A DNA stretch of 63,843 nt, filler included, from Octopus bimaculoides (GCF_001194135.2; 7 parts of 6 records of this genome joined end to end with filler, not necessarily neighbours in it), one strand, 5' to 3'; counted from the whole stretch's first letter, positions 1-12,239 are shown. Numbers and translations are program-made. Notes: a model not told the origin generated them from the sequence alone.

Positions 1-184
1 AACTGGGCCCCACCTGCGAGGTCATGCGCTGTTTATCTTGATATGAGATCACCATGTCGCGTACATATGGTTGTGATGCATGTGCCTGGTGTACCCTTAT
101 CAGACGGGTAGTCATTATGGGTATAATGGGCTTCGTATATTTTACTCCAGTGTCACTTTGATGGCATGCACTGCTCTCTCACTC

Positions 185-185
<1 letters not shown>
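1..185 (+). mobile_element. Non-coding interspersed element, window-truncated copy ending in (AAT)n
   Basis: Reverse complement of 61051-61240 with high identity (..CACTGCTCTCTCACTCA then AATAATAAT). Orientation is inferred only from the (AAT)n tail. Confidence 0.8.
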
Positions 186-249
<64 letters not shown>

Positions 250-265
250 TATTAATAATAATAAC
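185..265. repeat. (AAT)n microsatellite
   Basis: Direct reading; source of the poly-N/L/I pseudo-ORFs. Confidence 0.98.
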
Positions 266-269
266 CAAT

Positions 270-930
270 GGATGGAATTTATAAATATTGCAATGCAACG
301 CTTCGTGCATTTCCACCGATGACGTGATTTTTGTGACCATAGTCCGCACTCCTGGAATGAATCCAATACAATCTGTAATATCCATGGATTTCAGGTGGGT
401 CTTCGTGTGTTCATTTCTTCACGCGATTTTTTCGGTGCAGACATAACTGTGTAGTAAGAAGCTTGCTTCACCGCGCATGAGCAAAACAAAGTGGTTGTTG
501 TCAACCAAAGAGACAACACGGCTAATTATGGCTCTGTTGTAATTTTCAGTTTACAAAGGATAATTAACAACGCAGCTGGAAAGTTGGAGAGATTTTGTTT
601 TGCGGGTACAGTGGGGCTATGTTATTGTATTATTATTCTTTACAGATAGGGTATCTCCGCTGGCCTCGAGGCATTTTTTTTCCTCTTTTGGTTGCGTTTG
701 TTTTATTTTATTGAAGAACTTTCGGTGGGCGTTGTCTAGCCGTAAGAATTTTTTTTTACTTCTGTTTTTCTGAAGATTGGTTTGGAATTTTTCTGAAAGA
801 CTTTATTGTGTTTAGGCGAACAGCTGTTTTTATGCCTAAAAATCATTGTGGAGTACCTTTATTGAATTACCTCGGACTGCCAGGAGTTCGAATAGGCCAA
901 GACATTCAATTTGAACAACACGGTAAACTT
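270..930 (-). mobile_element. Possible highly decayed Neptune-type Penelope fragment
   Basis: Interrupted minus-strand peptides KKCLEASGDTLSV and IISRVVSLVDNNHF loosely resemble the ALExSGY and IGRxFLxLIDKHF segments of Neptune-type PLE ORFs; many stops and frameshifts. Confidence 0.3.
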
Positions 931-942
931 AANNNNNNNNNN

Positions 943-2681
943 CCTTCTTCCACCCTTTGGTGACTTTCTTTTTTTCTTTTTTGTTTTCTTCTTCTTCTGA
1001 ACTGTTTTTCCTTTCTTTTCCTTTCTCTTTTGGTGAAATTTTATTTGACATTTTTTTGCACTTTAACAGACATGGAAAAAAAGTAGAAATAATGAAGCCA
1101 CTGTCTTGGAGTGAGAGGCTGTCCCACCCAAGCAGTGGATTGCAGAGACAGAGAAGAGGACAGTGGTCTTGCAGACCTATTCCAGGTCACGCAACGCCAC
1201 TGCCCTCTTCAATAAAGAGAAAATAATGATAGAGCTGGCAAGCTGTTTGCCAGCCAAAAAATATTATATTACAATGGGAGTCAAATACGCAACGGTGTGG
1301 TTGCTATTTGACTCCCCTGAAGAGGCTGGCATAGCGGCCAGCAACCCCTGCAGGGGGAGGAAATTTTGTTCCTCCCCACTTATTGCGGGAAAGGAATCAA
1401 CAGAGCCTGGGTGTGTGGACTGCCCCCGGGAACCAAGGCTGGGTGGATCTCTGATGCCATCCGGCGGGGCTTGGGGGACAGTGGGCCCAGGCTCCTGAAT
1501 GTCAGCATGGGGGCCTGCGGTCGACTGGGAAGGGGTTAAAACTAATTTGACCCTATGAACCCCAGTGGCAGTAGGAGACATGCTGTTTCCAGACTTTAGG
1601 TACCCGGTGATNNNNNNNNNNNNNNNNNNNNNNNNNNNNNNNNNNNNNNNNNNNNNNNNNNNNNNNNNNNNNNNNNNNNNNNNNNNNNNNNNNNNNNNNN
1701 NNNNNNNNNNNNNNNNNNNNNNNNNNNNNNNNNNNNNNNNNNNNNNNNNNNNNNNNNNNNNNNNNNNNNNNNNNNNNNNNNNNNNNNNNNNNNNNNNNNN
1801 NNNNNNNNNNNNNNNNNNNNNNNNNNNNNNNNNNNNNNNNNNNNNNNNNNNNNNNNNNNNNNNNNNNNNNNNNNNNNNNNNNNNNNNNNNNNNNNNNNNN
1901 NNNNNNNNNNNNNNNNNNNNNNNNNNNNNNNNNNNNNNNNNNNNNNNNNNNNNNNNNNNNNNNNNNNNNNNNNNNNNNNNNNNNNNNNNNNNNNNNNNNN
2001 NNNNNNNNNNNNNNNNNNNNNNNNNNNNNNNNNNNNNNNNNNNNNNNNNNNNNNNNNNNNNNNNNNNNNNNNNNNNNNNNNNNNNNNNNNNNNNNNNNNN
2101 NNNNNNNNNNNNNNNNNNNNNNNNNNNNNNNNNNNNNNNNNNNNNNNNNNNNNNNNNNNNNNNNNNNNNNNNNNNNNNNNNNNNNNNNNNNNNNNNNAGC
2201 AGGCCGCGGTCCCTCCCGGTGACGACGAAGCAGAGATTATCCTCTGTTACCTCAAGGGAGCTTTATTTGGATACGTGTTTGGGTCGACAACGGTACGATT
2301 CGACCGTTATAGACCATCCAAGCTGGTCACCGCAGGTGTATGCGGAGATCATATATGTCAGTGAAGGAAATGAAATTGAAAGGATTTGTGACAAGAAGGA
2401 CTTCGTCCCCATGAAGCTGGCAGCAGAAATCTTGCTTGGGGGCCCGGATGTGGAGGACTATAAAATTTGATTTGATTTGATTTTGTTGTTGTAATGATGA
2501 TTTTTATTGAACAAGGTTTTTGAGGGGTGGTCGGTCGGCGGGCGCCGGTACCTCTCCCATTTTTTACTCATCTTTTTGTATTCATTTCATTCATTAATGT
2601 CCGTGTCCAGCCCGCAGCTTCTGTTTGTCTTCGTTTGTCCCCTCTATGTAATGCCTTTATGGCAAAATTTATGAAATAAAG
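943..2681 (+). mobile_element. Decayed gag/ORF1-like retroelement (L1/Tx1-like), apparently without ORF2
   Basis: GC-richer island with a T-rich 5' leader. Frameshifted ORF reads AVPPKQWIAETEKRTVVLQTYSRSRNATALFNKEKI...FDSPEEAGIAASNP / EILFLPTYCGKGINRAWVCGLPPGTKAGWISDAIRRG (RRM-like ORF1 style). After a 586-N gap it continues to ...KDFVPMKLAAEILLGGPDVEDYKI* (stop at 2468-2470), then a 3' UTR ending TGAAATAAAG. Confidence 0.55.
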
Positions 2682-2684
2682 ATG

Positions 2685-2820
2685 GCTTCCCAACCACATC
2701 GTTTCAAGTTCAGTTCCACTGCATGCCACATTAGGCATATGTCATCTATTTTCGCCTCAGGATGACTGAAGCCTTGTGATTGGATTTGGTAAACGAAAAC
2801 TGAAAGAAGCCCGTTGTGTA
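2685..2820 (+). mobile_element. tRNA-derived SINE family A, 5' half
   Basis: GCTTCCCAACCACAT..GTTCAGTTCCACTGC..GGATTTGGTAAACGAAAACTGAAAGAAGCCCGT, shared with many other copies in the window. Confidence 0.8.
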
Positions 2821-2825
2821 TATAT

Positions 2826-3191
2826 ATTCTTTTATTCTTTTACTTGTTTCAGTCAATTGACTGCAGCCATGGTGGAGCATCACCTTGGCTCATTTTTTAA
2901 AGCCTAGTACTTATTCTATTGGTCACACTTGCCGAACTGCTAAGTTATGGGAACATAAACATACCAACACCTATTGTGAAGCGGTGATAAGGGGACAAAC
3001 ACAGACAAAAAGGCACACACATAGATATATACATATATACATACGACGGCTTCTTTCAGTTTCCACTCACAAGGTTTTGGTCGGCCCGACGTTATAGTAG
3101 AAGACGTGTCGATGGTGCCACGCAGAGAGACTGAATCCAGAATCATGTGATTGAGAAGCAAACTTCCTTCCACAAAGCCACGCCTGCGCCT
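2826..3191 (-). mobile_element. tRNA-derived SINE family A, near full length with internal CA/TA microsatellite
   Basis: Minus strand: head AGGCGCAGGCGTGGCTTTGTGGAAGGAAGTTTGCTTCTC, internal microsatellite, 3' half ending ..GACTGAAACAAGTAAAAGAATAAAGAATA. Confidence 0.85.
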
Positions 3192-3202
3192 ATACATCTA
3201 TC

Positions 3203-3207
<5 letters not shown>

Positions 3208-3284
<77 letters not shown>
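3208..3284. repeat. (TG)n microsatellite
   Basis: Direct reading. Confidence 0.98.
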
Positions 3285-3285
<1 letters not shown>

Positions 3286-3297
3286 ATGCGTGTCTTT

Positions 3298-3487
3298 GTG
3301 TCTGTGTTTGTCCTCCACCACCTTACGTCCCCGTAACCTAGTGGTTCGGCAAAAGTGGTCGTTAAAATAAGTACCAGGTTTAAAATTATAAGTAGTGGAG
3401 TAGATTCATTCGACTAAAAAACAATTCCCCAAAGTGGTGCCCTAGCATGGCCGTTGTCAGATGACTGAAACAAGTACAAATAAAAGA
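3298..3487 (+). mobile_element. SINE family A, 3' half
   Basis: TTACGTCCCCGTAACCTAGTGGTTCGGCAAAA...GCATGGCCG..ATGACTGAAACAAGTA. Confidence 0.8.
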
Positions 3488-3540
3488 TAATACACACACA
3501 CGCATGCACACACCCATGCACACACCCACGCACATACATC

Positions 3541-4200
3541 TGTAGACCGTGCCTCTGCTCTTTCTCCTCGCACCCGCCCCGCTGTTTCCCGTCTCCCGTT
3601 TACTCTTACCTACCACCCTCCATCCTGCCGCTCCAACGCACCATTCTCCGAGCCTTCCGGCGACTCCAGTCCGACTCCTCAACCTCGCACATCTTCCCTA
3701 ACCTACTCTTTCCCGCCTTCAAACGAACATATAACCTGCTTGACCACCTGGTCCGCAATTTCTTCCCTAACTTTCAGCCTGGCTTGTTCCCCTGGCCCGC
3801 TCACCCTATCGCACCTGCCTCTACCTTTCCAACACCACCATCTTCAAAGGCACCCATCATCGTCCCTGTCACATCACTGACTCCTTTACATGCACTTCTA
3901 CTAACATCATTGACTGCATCTCCTGCTCTCTTTGTCCTTCCCTGTACATTGATCAAACGTGACGCCGCCTGGCTGACCGGTTCGTGGAGCACCTCCGAGA
4001 CATCAGACTCGGCAATGGCACCCGCGCCATTTCTGCTCTACTGGTCATTCGCTGCAACATCTGTCTGTGTTCGGATTGTCTTTGCACAGGGCCATCTGGA
4101 CTCCTGCCTTCGTCGTGAACCGGAATTAATCTTCTCTCTTCGCTTCTTTGCACCACATGGGCTCAACTCACTTCCTCTCTTCATCTGTTACCAATCTCAC
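3541..4200 (+). mobile_element. Poseidon-type Penelope-like element, GIY-YIG endonuclease region (pseudogenised)
   Basis: Frame not in the ORF track: HITDSFTCTSTNIIDCISCSLCPSLYIDQT*RRLADRFVEHLRDIR (3870-4008), matching the PLE GIY-YIG consensus FTCxSxNxIYCIxC..C..LYIGxTGRRLxDRFxEHLRD. The C-terminal LIFSLRFFAPHGLN matches LIFxLGTxxPxGLN. Confidence 0.9.
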
Positions 4201-7200
4201 CTCCTTTCTTCATTTGATACCCACCCCACACCACTCCACACATACACCAGCACTGACCACTTCCCAGCACCCACACCATACACCATCATCCACACACCCA
4301 TACACAATCTTCAATAGCGTCACCACATATACCACTATATGAACAGCCACAGACACTGTTTAACTCAGTACACACACCACATACCATCATGCACACTCCT
4401 ACACCCACACAAGCACATAATACCTGAACACGGGTTATATATACATACACACGCAACACGCGTTAACACATGCAACATACATAGACAAAGATAACTTTCC
4501 ATCGTCTCTTATTGGGATCACTAGCACTTTATTATCTTTGGGAGAAATGGGAATTAAGAGGTGACTCCACGCTCCCCACAATTATAGAACTGGTACCTCA
4601 CAACTAGATGCAGTTTAATGTCATATTCAGGATAGATACACACACACACATACACACACACATACATACATACATACATACATACATACATACATACATA
4701 CATACATACATACATACACATCATTTCAATACTTCATTGTGAAGAAAGAGATGATCCCTTGTCAGAAGGAAATTCGATTTCAATAAAACTAGTTTAGGAT
4801 TAACTATCAATTTTTGGCAGGCATTTAGGTAAACATTTCTTTAGTATTTTATGTTCTAAGGTTTTATAACATTAATATGGTTGATCATCTATTGTCATCA
4901 AGAAAACAAATTTTTCTGTAGTGGGGGAAATCGATGATGAAGAAATTTTTTGTTGTTTCTTGAAACTTCTAGGAAACTAAATAAAAAAACATCAAAAGAT
5001 TTTAAATGATCTACTTAAAGTAATACCACAAAACTAGTGGAACGAGATCTTTTATTTAAAAAAAAAAAAAATTGAACTCTCATTTCCCGGATTGACATGT
5101 TTCATTGTTTTACAATGAGACGTATCCTTCCCACTGACTGAACTTCGTTGACCTTTGAACAGACTTGTATACTTGCTGCTACTTCTGATGTTTCTGGAGC
5201 ATAGTAAACCTACCGTTTATACACTTAAAAGTAGGTAGAATATTAATGTGACAAAATGATAGCAAAATGATAGCACACAAGTTAACTCTAACAAAATTGC
5301 AGGTATAAGGAAGATCTGAATGTGCGAGCCCTTAATTTAGGGAGTAAGGAAATATGTTGGGATCTTTCCAAAGACAAAATTAAGAAAATATTGTAATATG
5401 TGAATACATGGCCTGGCCCTAAAGAATTCATTGTAATTTGTTGGTAGTACGAAATATCATGTTACCTAAATACAAATTCTCTTTCCATCGTTCATGGATT
5501 GAAACGAAGCAAAACCAAGATGAGCCTCAGGCGACAGGGGCTAATTCTACCTTTGTTATCTTACTTATATAGTGCTCCTGTGTTGATAATTGGTTAAAAC
5601 AGTTTTACCAAAACCACTCGACAAAGATTAGAACAATGTCTGCAGTTAGCTATTATTAATTGAATTACTATTTACTATAAAGCCGATACTGAATTCCTAT
5701 TTCTGTAACATTAACCGATTCAGAAACAAATAGCTCTCTTGAATAGGACACCAGATAATTGCATACCAGATTTTGTGGAAAAGAGTTTCAATTCAGCTCC
5801 TATTCTCGTCAGATGAGTAGTGGACTTCAATGTTCAGAGAAAAGTGTGTTCACCCTATAGGCAACACAAGTGATAAGAGACGAGCCACCTACATGACTCT
5901 CGATACCCTATTGATTTGGCTATTCGCACATCTCACCATTATATGCAATCAAATTTAATAAATACAAAGTTAATATTTTAAAGTATTTAGTATTTATATT
6001 ATATCAGTGAGATCTGACACTAGTTTACTTCCTGTCTATTTTAAGTTAGGTGGAGTATGAATAACTCATACTTATCTTATTCATATATTTTATAAAACCG
6101 AGAATTCAATAATTGGTAAATGCTAGAATACATGCACCATTTACACACTAATGCTAGATGCACCATTTGCACACTAATATCCTTAGTATATATTCAAACT
6201 TATGTCCATTTCATTAATATATATTATATTAATGAAATGTTTAGCTACTCGAAGCACCTTTCAAAATAATAAACTATTTTTGTTTATCATAAAATCTCTC
6301 ATCTGTAAATCGGCAGTTCGTTCTTTGTTTATTCATAAATGAATTTTATATTCATGAGACCTGTTTACGCTGTGTTGAGTATTGAACACGAGATACAAAC
6401 TATCGATCCTTCAACCAGTAGATCGATTCAAATGTCTTGGCTAACTAGAATTTTATATAATTTATGAGTCCACATTACTGAATATCATTAAACGAAAGGC
6501 TGCATATTCTGCGCAGATGAGACAATGATGTAAAAAGGACGTTCATGTCTTTTTAAAAAGCATTGGCATCCTAAATACAGTGAAATTACTTCGATCGAAA
6601 ATGAAACCATGCCACACTCTCCGTTTGTTGGCATCTCATATTCTTATCTTCAGTACTCGGTACTTCATGATAAACCTTTCTTACACTGGCACAAAGTTTC
6701 GAATTTGAACTGTGAACACTCAAATGTATCACTCGCAGTAAATGATTGGTACAGATTTAAGGACCACGAATGATGAAAAGCAAAGAAAATTGCAATGACA
6801 TTTGAACTCAAGTCATAGATGTATAGAAGTAAATAATTATTTCGTACGATGATTACCTGTTTCTGATAAATGCTTGGATAAAAAAGACTTTACACTCGAA
6901 TTGTACAGCCTCAAGTTAAACAATAAACTAGTAAATATGAAATGTATTTGTCAGCTCAATTTCATTTCTCTTGCAAATGAACTGTAGAAATTCTCTTGAG
7001 GAAAAGTTTCTATGAACAGCTGTTACTGTCGGTTCCTGTGTAGAACAGTGCAATTCAATTTTCTAATTATTTCCAGAAGCGTAGAGTTATGTGAAATAAC
7101 AAGTTATAAACTGTGTTGGCTAGAATAATAAAAAAAGGATTCATTATGGTAAATTGGTAAATTTTAACAAGTAGAAGTAAAAGAAACTTATTTTATTCTT

Positions 7201-8195
7201 TACTTGAGATAGTATATTTACTCTCTTTTGTATGAACTATTTGAACATAAAACAGCTCACAGGAGTTATATTACAGAAAGACTGAATTGCAAGAAAAAAG
7301 AACAAATTACAATAGCTACATAATCAAAAGACGTACATTTTCATTTATTTTGAAGTTGCTACTTTGTTGAATGGCATTTACAAGACATTCATTTAACATC
7401 TTTAGTTTGCGTAGAAAACTGTCACTCATCATCAATTCTAGGGGCTTCAATATTCGAACTTAAATAGGAAGTGGTTTAAAAAAGATTTAGCTATTCTTGT
7501 CGCGCATCAAGTGGCCACATAAAGGCTTCCAAACTGGGTCCTACAATACACACACACACAAACACACACACACACNNNNNNNNNNNNNNNNNNNNNNNNN
7601 NNNNNNNNNNNNNNNNNNNNNNNNNNNNNNNNNNNNNNNNNNNNNNNNNNNNNNNNNNNNNNNNNNNNNNNNNNNNNNNNNNNNNNNNNNNNNNNNNNNN
7701 NNNNNNNNNNNNNNNNNNNNNNNNNNNNNNNNNNNNNNNNNNNNNNNNNNNNNNNNNNNNNNNNNNNNNNNNNNNNNNNNNNNNNNNNNNNNNNNNNNNN
7801 NNNNNNNNNNNNNNNNNNNNNNNNNNNNNNNNNNNNNNNNNNNNNNNNNNNNNNNNNNNNNNNNNNNNNNNNNNNNNNNNNNNNNNNNNNNNNNNNNNNN
7901 NNNNNNNNNNNNNNNNNNNNNNNNNNNNNNNNNNNNNNNNNNNNNNNNNNNNNNNNNNNNNNNNNNNNNNNNNNNNNNNNNNNNNNNNNNNNNNNNNNNN
8001 NNNNNNNNNNNNNNNNNNNNNNNNNNNNNNNNNNNNNNNNNNNNNNNNNNNNNNNNNNNNNNNNNNNNNNNNNNNNNNNNNNNNNNNNNNNNNTATATAT
8101 ATATATATATTAGAAAAAATAATAAGGTACTCGGAGATCTGGATGGTTGTACATTTACGGATTTTTATTAATATGTCATATGTTTTTATAAATCA

Positions 8196-8238
8196 TATAT
8201 TAGCGCTTTCATCTACTCTAATAGATTCTTCAGATTTA
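8196..8238 (-). ncRNA. Minimal type I hammerhead ribozyme motif (one stem I mismatch)
   Basis: Minus strand TAAAT-CTGAAGA-ATCTA(TTAGAG)TAGAT-GAAA-GCGC-TA^ATATA. Confidence 0.65.
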
Positions 8239-8660
8239 AATTTTTTAAAGGGATTCGTCTCTTTTTATAGTGTTCTTGAGTGTGTAGCGGTGGAGAGAGA
8301 GATGGGGAGAAAAAAGAAAAAAGAAAAATGTAATGTGGGGTGTATAGGCTAGTAAAAGAGAGTGTGTGTGTTTTGTGTGTGTGTGTGTCTGTGTGTGTGC
8401 CTGTATATCTGAAAGGAGTGTCAATGGAAGGAGTTACACATACACACACACACATACACATACACCCACACACACAAAAGCACACACACAAAAGCACACA
8501 CACAAAAGCACACACACTCTCTCTCTCACTTTCTCCCCATTCCTCACCCTCTTTTACTATCCTATACACCCCACATTACTTTTTTCTCCCCCTCTCTCTC
8601 CACCCCTACACACTATAAAAAGACACATTATAAAAGGAGACGAATCCCTTCAAAAAAATT

Positions 8661-8703
8661 TATATCTGAAGAATCTATTAGAGTAGATGAAAGCGCTAAT
8701 ATA
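8661..8703 (+). ncRNA. Minimal type I hammerhead ribozyme motif
   Basis: TATAT-CTGAAGA-ATCTA(TTAGAG)TAGAT-GAAA-GCGC-TA^ATATA: intact CUGANGA/GAAA/UH core, 5-bp stems I and II, self-complementary AGCGCT in place of stem III. Confidence 0.75.
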
Positions 8704-9708
8704 TGATTTATAAAAACATGTGACATTANNNNNNNNNNNNNNNNNNNNNNNNNNNNNNNNNNNNNNNNNNNNNNNNNNNNNNNNNNNNNNNNNNNNNNNN
8801 NNNNNNNNNNNNNNNNNNNNNNNNNNNNNNNNNNNNNNNNNNNNNNNNNNNNNNNNNNNNNNNNNNNNNNNNNNNNNNNNNNNNNNNNNNNNNNNNNNNN
8901 NNNNNNNNNNNNNNNNNNNNNNNNNNNNNNNNNNNNNNNNNNNNNNNNNNNNNNNNNNNNNNNNNNNNNNNNNNNNNNNNNNNNNNNNNNNNNNNNNNNN
9001 NNNNNNNNNNNNNNNNNNNNNNNNNNNNNNNNNNNNNNNNNNNNNNNNNNNNNNNNNNNNNNNNNNNNNNNNNNNNNNNNNNNNNNNNNNNNNNNNNNNN
9101 NNNNNNNNNNNNNNNNNNNNNNNNNNNNNNNNNNNNNNNNNNNNNNNNNNNNNNNNNNNNNNNNNNNNNNNNNNNNNNNNNNNNNNNNNNNNNNNNNNNN
9201 NNNNNNNNNNNNNNNNNNNNNNNNNNNNNNNNNNNNNNNNNNNNNNNNNNNNNNNNNNNNNNNNNNNNNNNNNNNNNNNNNNNNNNNNNNNNNNNNNNNN
9301 NNNNNNNNNNNNNNNNNNNNNNNNNNNNNNNNNNNNNNNNNNNNNNNNNNNNNNNNNNNNNNNNNNNNNNNNNNNNNNNNNNNNNNNNNNNNNNNNNNNN
9401 NNNNNNNNNNNNNNNNNNNNNNNNNNNNNNNNNNNNNNNNNNNNNNNNNNNNNNNNNNNNNNNNNNNNNNNNNNNNNNNNNNNNNNNNNNNNNNNNNNNN
9501 NNNNNNNNNNNNNNNNNNNNNNNNNNNNNNNNNNNNNNNNNNNNNNNNNNNNNNNNNNNNNNNNNNNNNNNNNNNNNNNNNNNNNNNNNNNNNNNNNNNN
9601 NNNNNNNNNNNNNNNNNNNNNNNNNNNNNNNNNNNNNNNNNNNNNNNNNNNNNNNNNNNNNNNNNNNNNNNNNNNNNNNNNNNNNNNNNNNNNNNNNNNN
9701 NNNNNNNG

Positions 9709-11140
9709 GCCATACGAGTAGGAAAATTACTTTACATAACGAGATGGATCCCAATAAGAAAACTACAAATGATAGTAGAAGCAATAATATAACCCCAAAT
9801 ACTTACGATAACCACAAATCCCAATTACATCACAAATTTAAAAGAAAACATTCTATATGGCTCAACATCCCTTATAACTATACAGTATCCACGAACATCT
9901 ATAAGAAATTTATGGATATCTTACAAAAAAATTTCGACCCTAACCATAGATATTATAAAATCTTTTCTCAACACACAATCCGTATCTCATACTCTACTCT
10001 CCCCAATATAGGATCTATCATCAATAAGTTGAATAAAAAGAACACTGAATTAGCTAGGACCCTTGAAAATAAGAATTGTCTTATTATTGATGGCAATACA
10101 AAAAACTACCAGACAATTAATAATACCAATGCAACCAATAATCATGTACATGATAATACTAATACTAATAACACAGTGAATACTAGCGAAGAAATTCACA
10201 ATGAAAATCCCAATAATAATTCAATAAATAACAACAACAATTCTAATGACCATTTAAATGGTAGTGATGATAATACCCGAAACAGTTATGAAACTAATTA
10301 TAACACATCTAACCCCTTAAACATTAATCGTAATCAACTTAATGAACATAATAATACTTCAACTGTTAACATAGTTGATGAGATAAATCTTCCTAGCTCA
10401 AACAATATCAATTGCATATCCAGTAATACAACCAACGATATTGATATAATCAATTATGATAATTGTATTAACAATCAACATAATAATACATATATATANN
10501 NNNNNNNNNNNNNNNNNNNNNNNNNNNNNNNNNNNNNNNNNNNNNNNNNNNNNNNNNNNNNNNNNNNNNNNNNNNNNNNNNNNNNNNNNNNNNNNNNNNN
10601 NNNNNNNNNNNNNNNNNNNNNNNNNNNNNNNNNNNNNNNNNNNNNNNNNNNNATCCCCTTGATTGCAATTTCAGAATTAAGGCCCGCTGCCCGGTATCTG
10701 GCCATTGTTTAGCCCGTAACGTGGTCTATAAATGTACAGTAACTACTCCAACTAATAATTACATTTATGTTGGTTGCACAATCAATCTTAAACAGCGATT
10801 ATACAATCACTTTTCCTCGTTTAGACTTAAACATAAGGCCAATAGCACATCATTATCTAATAAAATTTGAGAATTGAAGGAAAACGGTATTGATTTTAAT
10901 CTTAAATGGGAAATCATCAGGAGAGCACAACCCTATAGAAATAGTAGATACGGCTGTGGACTGTGCTCAATGGAAATTTATGAAATTATTAAATTTAAGG
11001 ATAATCCTAATCTAATTAACAATAGATCTGACCTTAGGGTTCTATGTGTACATTGTTACTCTCGCACCTTTAAATATTTTAAAAAACAAATCTTGCTAGT
11101 AATATATTATTTTAATCCCTTTCGTTTCCCAGACTATTAA
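9709..11140 (+). mobile_element. Neptune-type Penelope-like element, linker plus GIY-YIG region
   Basis: KRKHSIWLNIPYN..NFDPNHRYYKIFSQHTIRISYSTLPNIGSII; after the gap, CPVSGHCLARNVVYKCTV..YIYVGCTINLKQRLYNHFSSF..STSLSNKI*ELK..LKWEII..CGLCSMEI. These are characteristic Neptune PLE motifs, with one in-frame stop near 10868. Confidence 0.9.
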
Positions 11141-12188
11141 CTACTTTATTTAAGTTATAGCTTTAAGGTATAAAAATTTTGGAATACATTTTCACCTTTC
11201 CCAACTCACTGATAATATTCCTACATTTCTCAAGTTAATTCTAGGTCTCTTCTAGCATATTATCAATTTTGAAACCATAGCTTTAATACTCTTAGTTTAG
11301 TCCTAATTTTCTATCTTTATTCCTCCCCTTTCTTCCTTCTCCTTCTTCTCCCCCTTTTACTTTGATTTGTTTTGGCCATTGATATCTTCTCTTATGGTTT
11401 TCTTATAAATAATATCTCTCTTCTACTACCCCACATAAATGTATTTCGTATTCTAATTTAACTATAAATGTTTGTCTTATTCTAATTTAACTATAAATGT
11501 TCTCTATGGTTCTAATTTTTTAATATTTTAGATTCTTGGATTATTCTAAATACACAGACGAATAGATATATTCTTAGTAATTTCCTTTAATTCTTCAATA
11601 TCTTGACCTAAATTCCCTTACCTTAAATTTCCTCTCACCACTCCTTAGGGTATTGTCTTTCCATTTTCATTTTTATTTCTATTTTTCTTTCCTTTCTTCT
11701 CTCTTTTTTCTCTTGCTTGATTCATCCCTAACCTGTCTTCCCTTACTACCTAACCTACCTTCCTCTGAATTGAAATTACTGCTATCTTACCCCTCCTTCT
11801 AGAAAGAGGAACAAATAGAATATATAGAAATTAAATTCCTGTTTGGTTCACTAGACTGTTGATTAACAGCCCAGTCAAGATGGCATTCTCTTCATCTCCT
11901 ATTCTTGTATTTGCACACATTTACAAAATGACTTTCTGAAATGAACTTCCATTATGCAGCTGAGGAGTACATTTTCATTGCACATCTTATGTGGTGTTCT
12001 CACTACATAAATAAATGAAGTTTGGTACGAAACGTACGTACTGCTATAACCTAATACATTTTTGTTGCTTTTCTTCAAATTTAATTCACCAAATCTCTTG
12101 ATTTTGTTTTTGGTTTTTACCATACCAAATTCTGGTGCCACAAACATGTTAAGTACCACATTTAATCTTTTGATTAAATCTATGTATA

Positions 12189-12239
<51 letters not shown>

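Larger units (their letters stand above)
8170..8728. repeat. About 185-bp inverted repeat pair (arms ~8170-8360 and ~8549-8728), Penelope pLTR-like
   Basis: Arms are reverse complements with few differences; the spacer is (TG)-rich then (CA)-rich; each arm carries a hammerhead motif. Confidence 0.9.

Noticed and set aside
5115-5200. Minus-strand peptide STKFSQWE resembling ACE exon 2
   Set aside because: In-frame stops on both sides and no usable splice sites.
5770-5815. CTGACGA...GAAA on the minus strand
   Set aside because: Weak stem II and no stem I/III pairing; compatible with chance.
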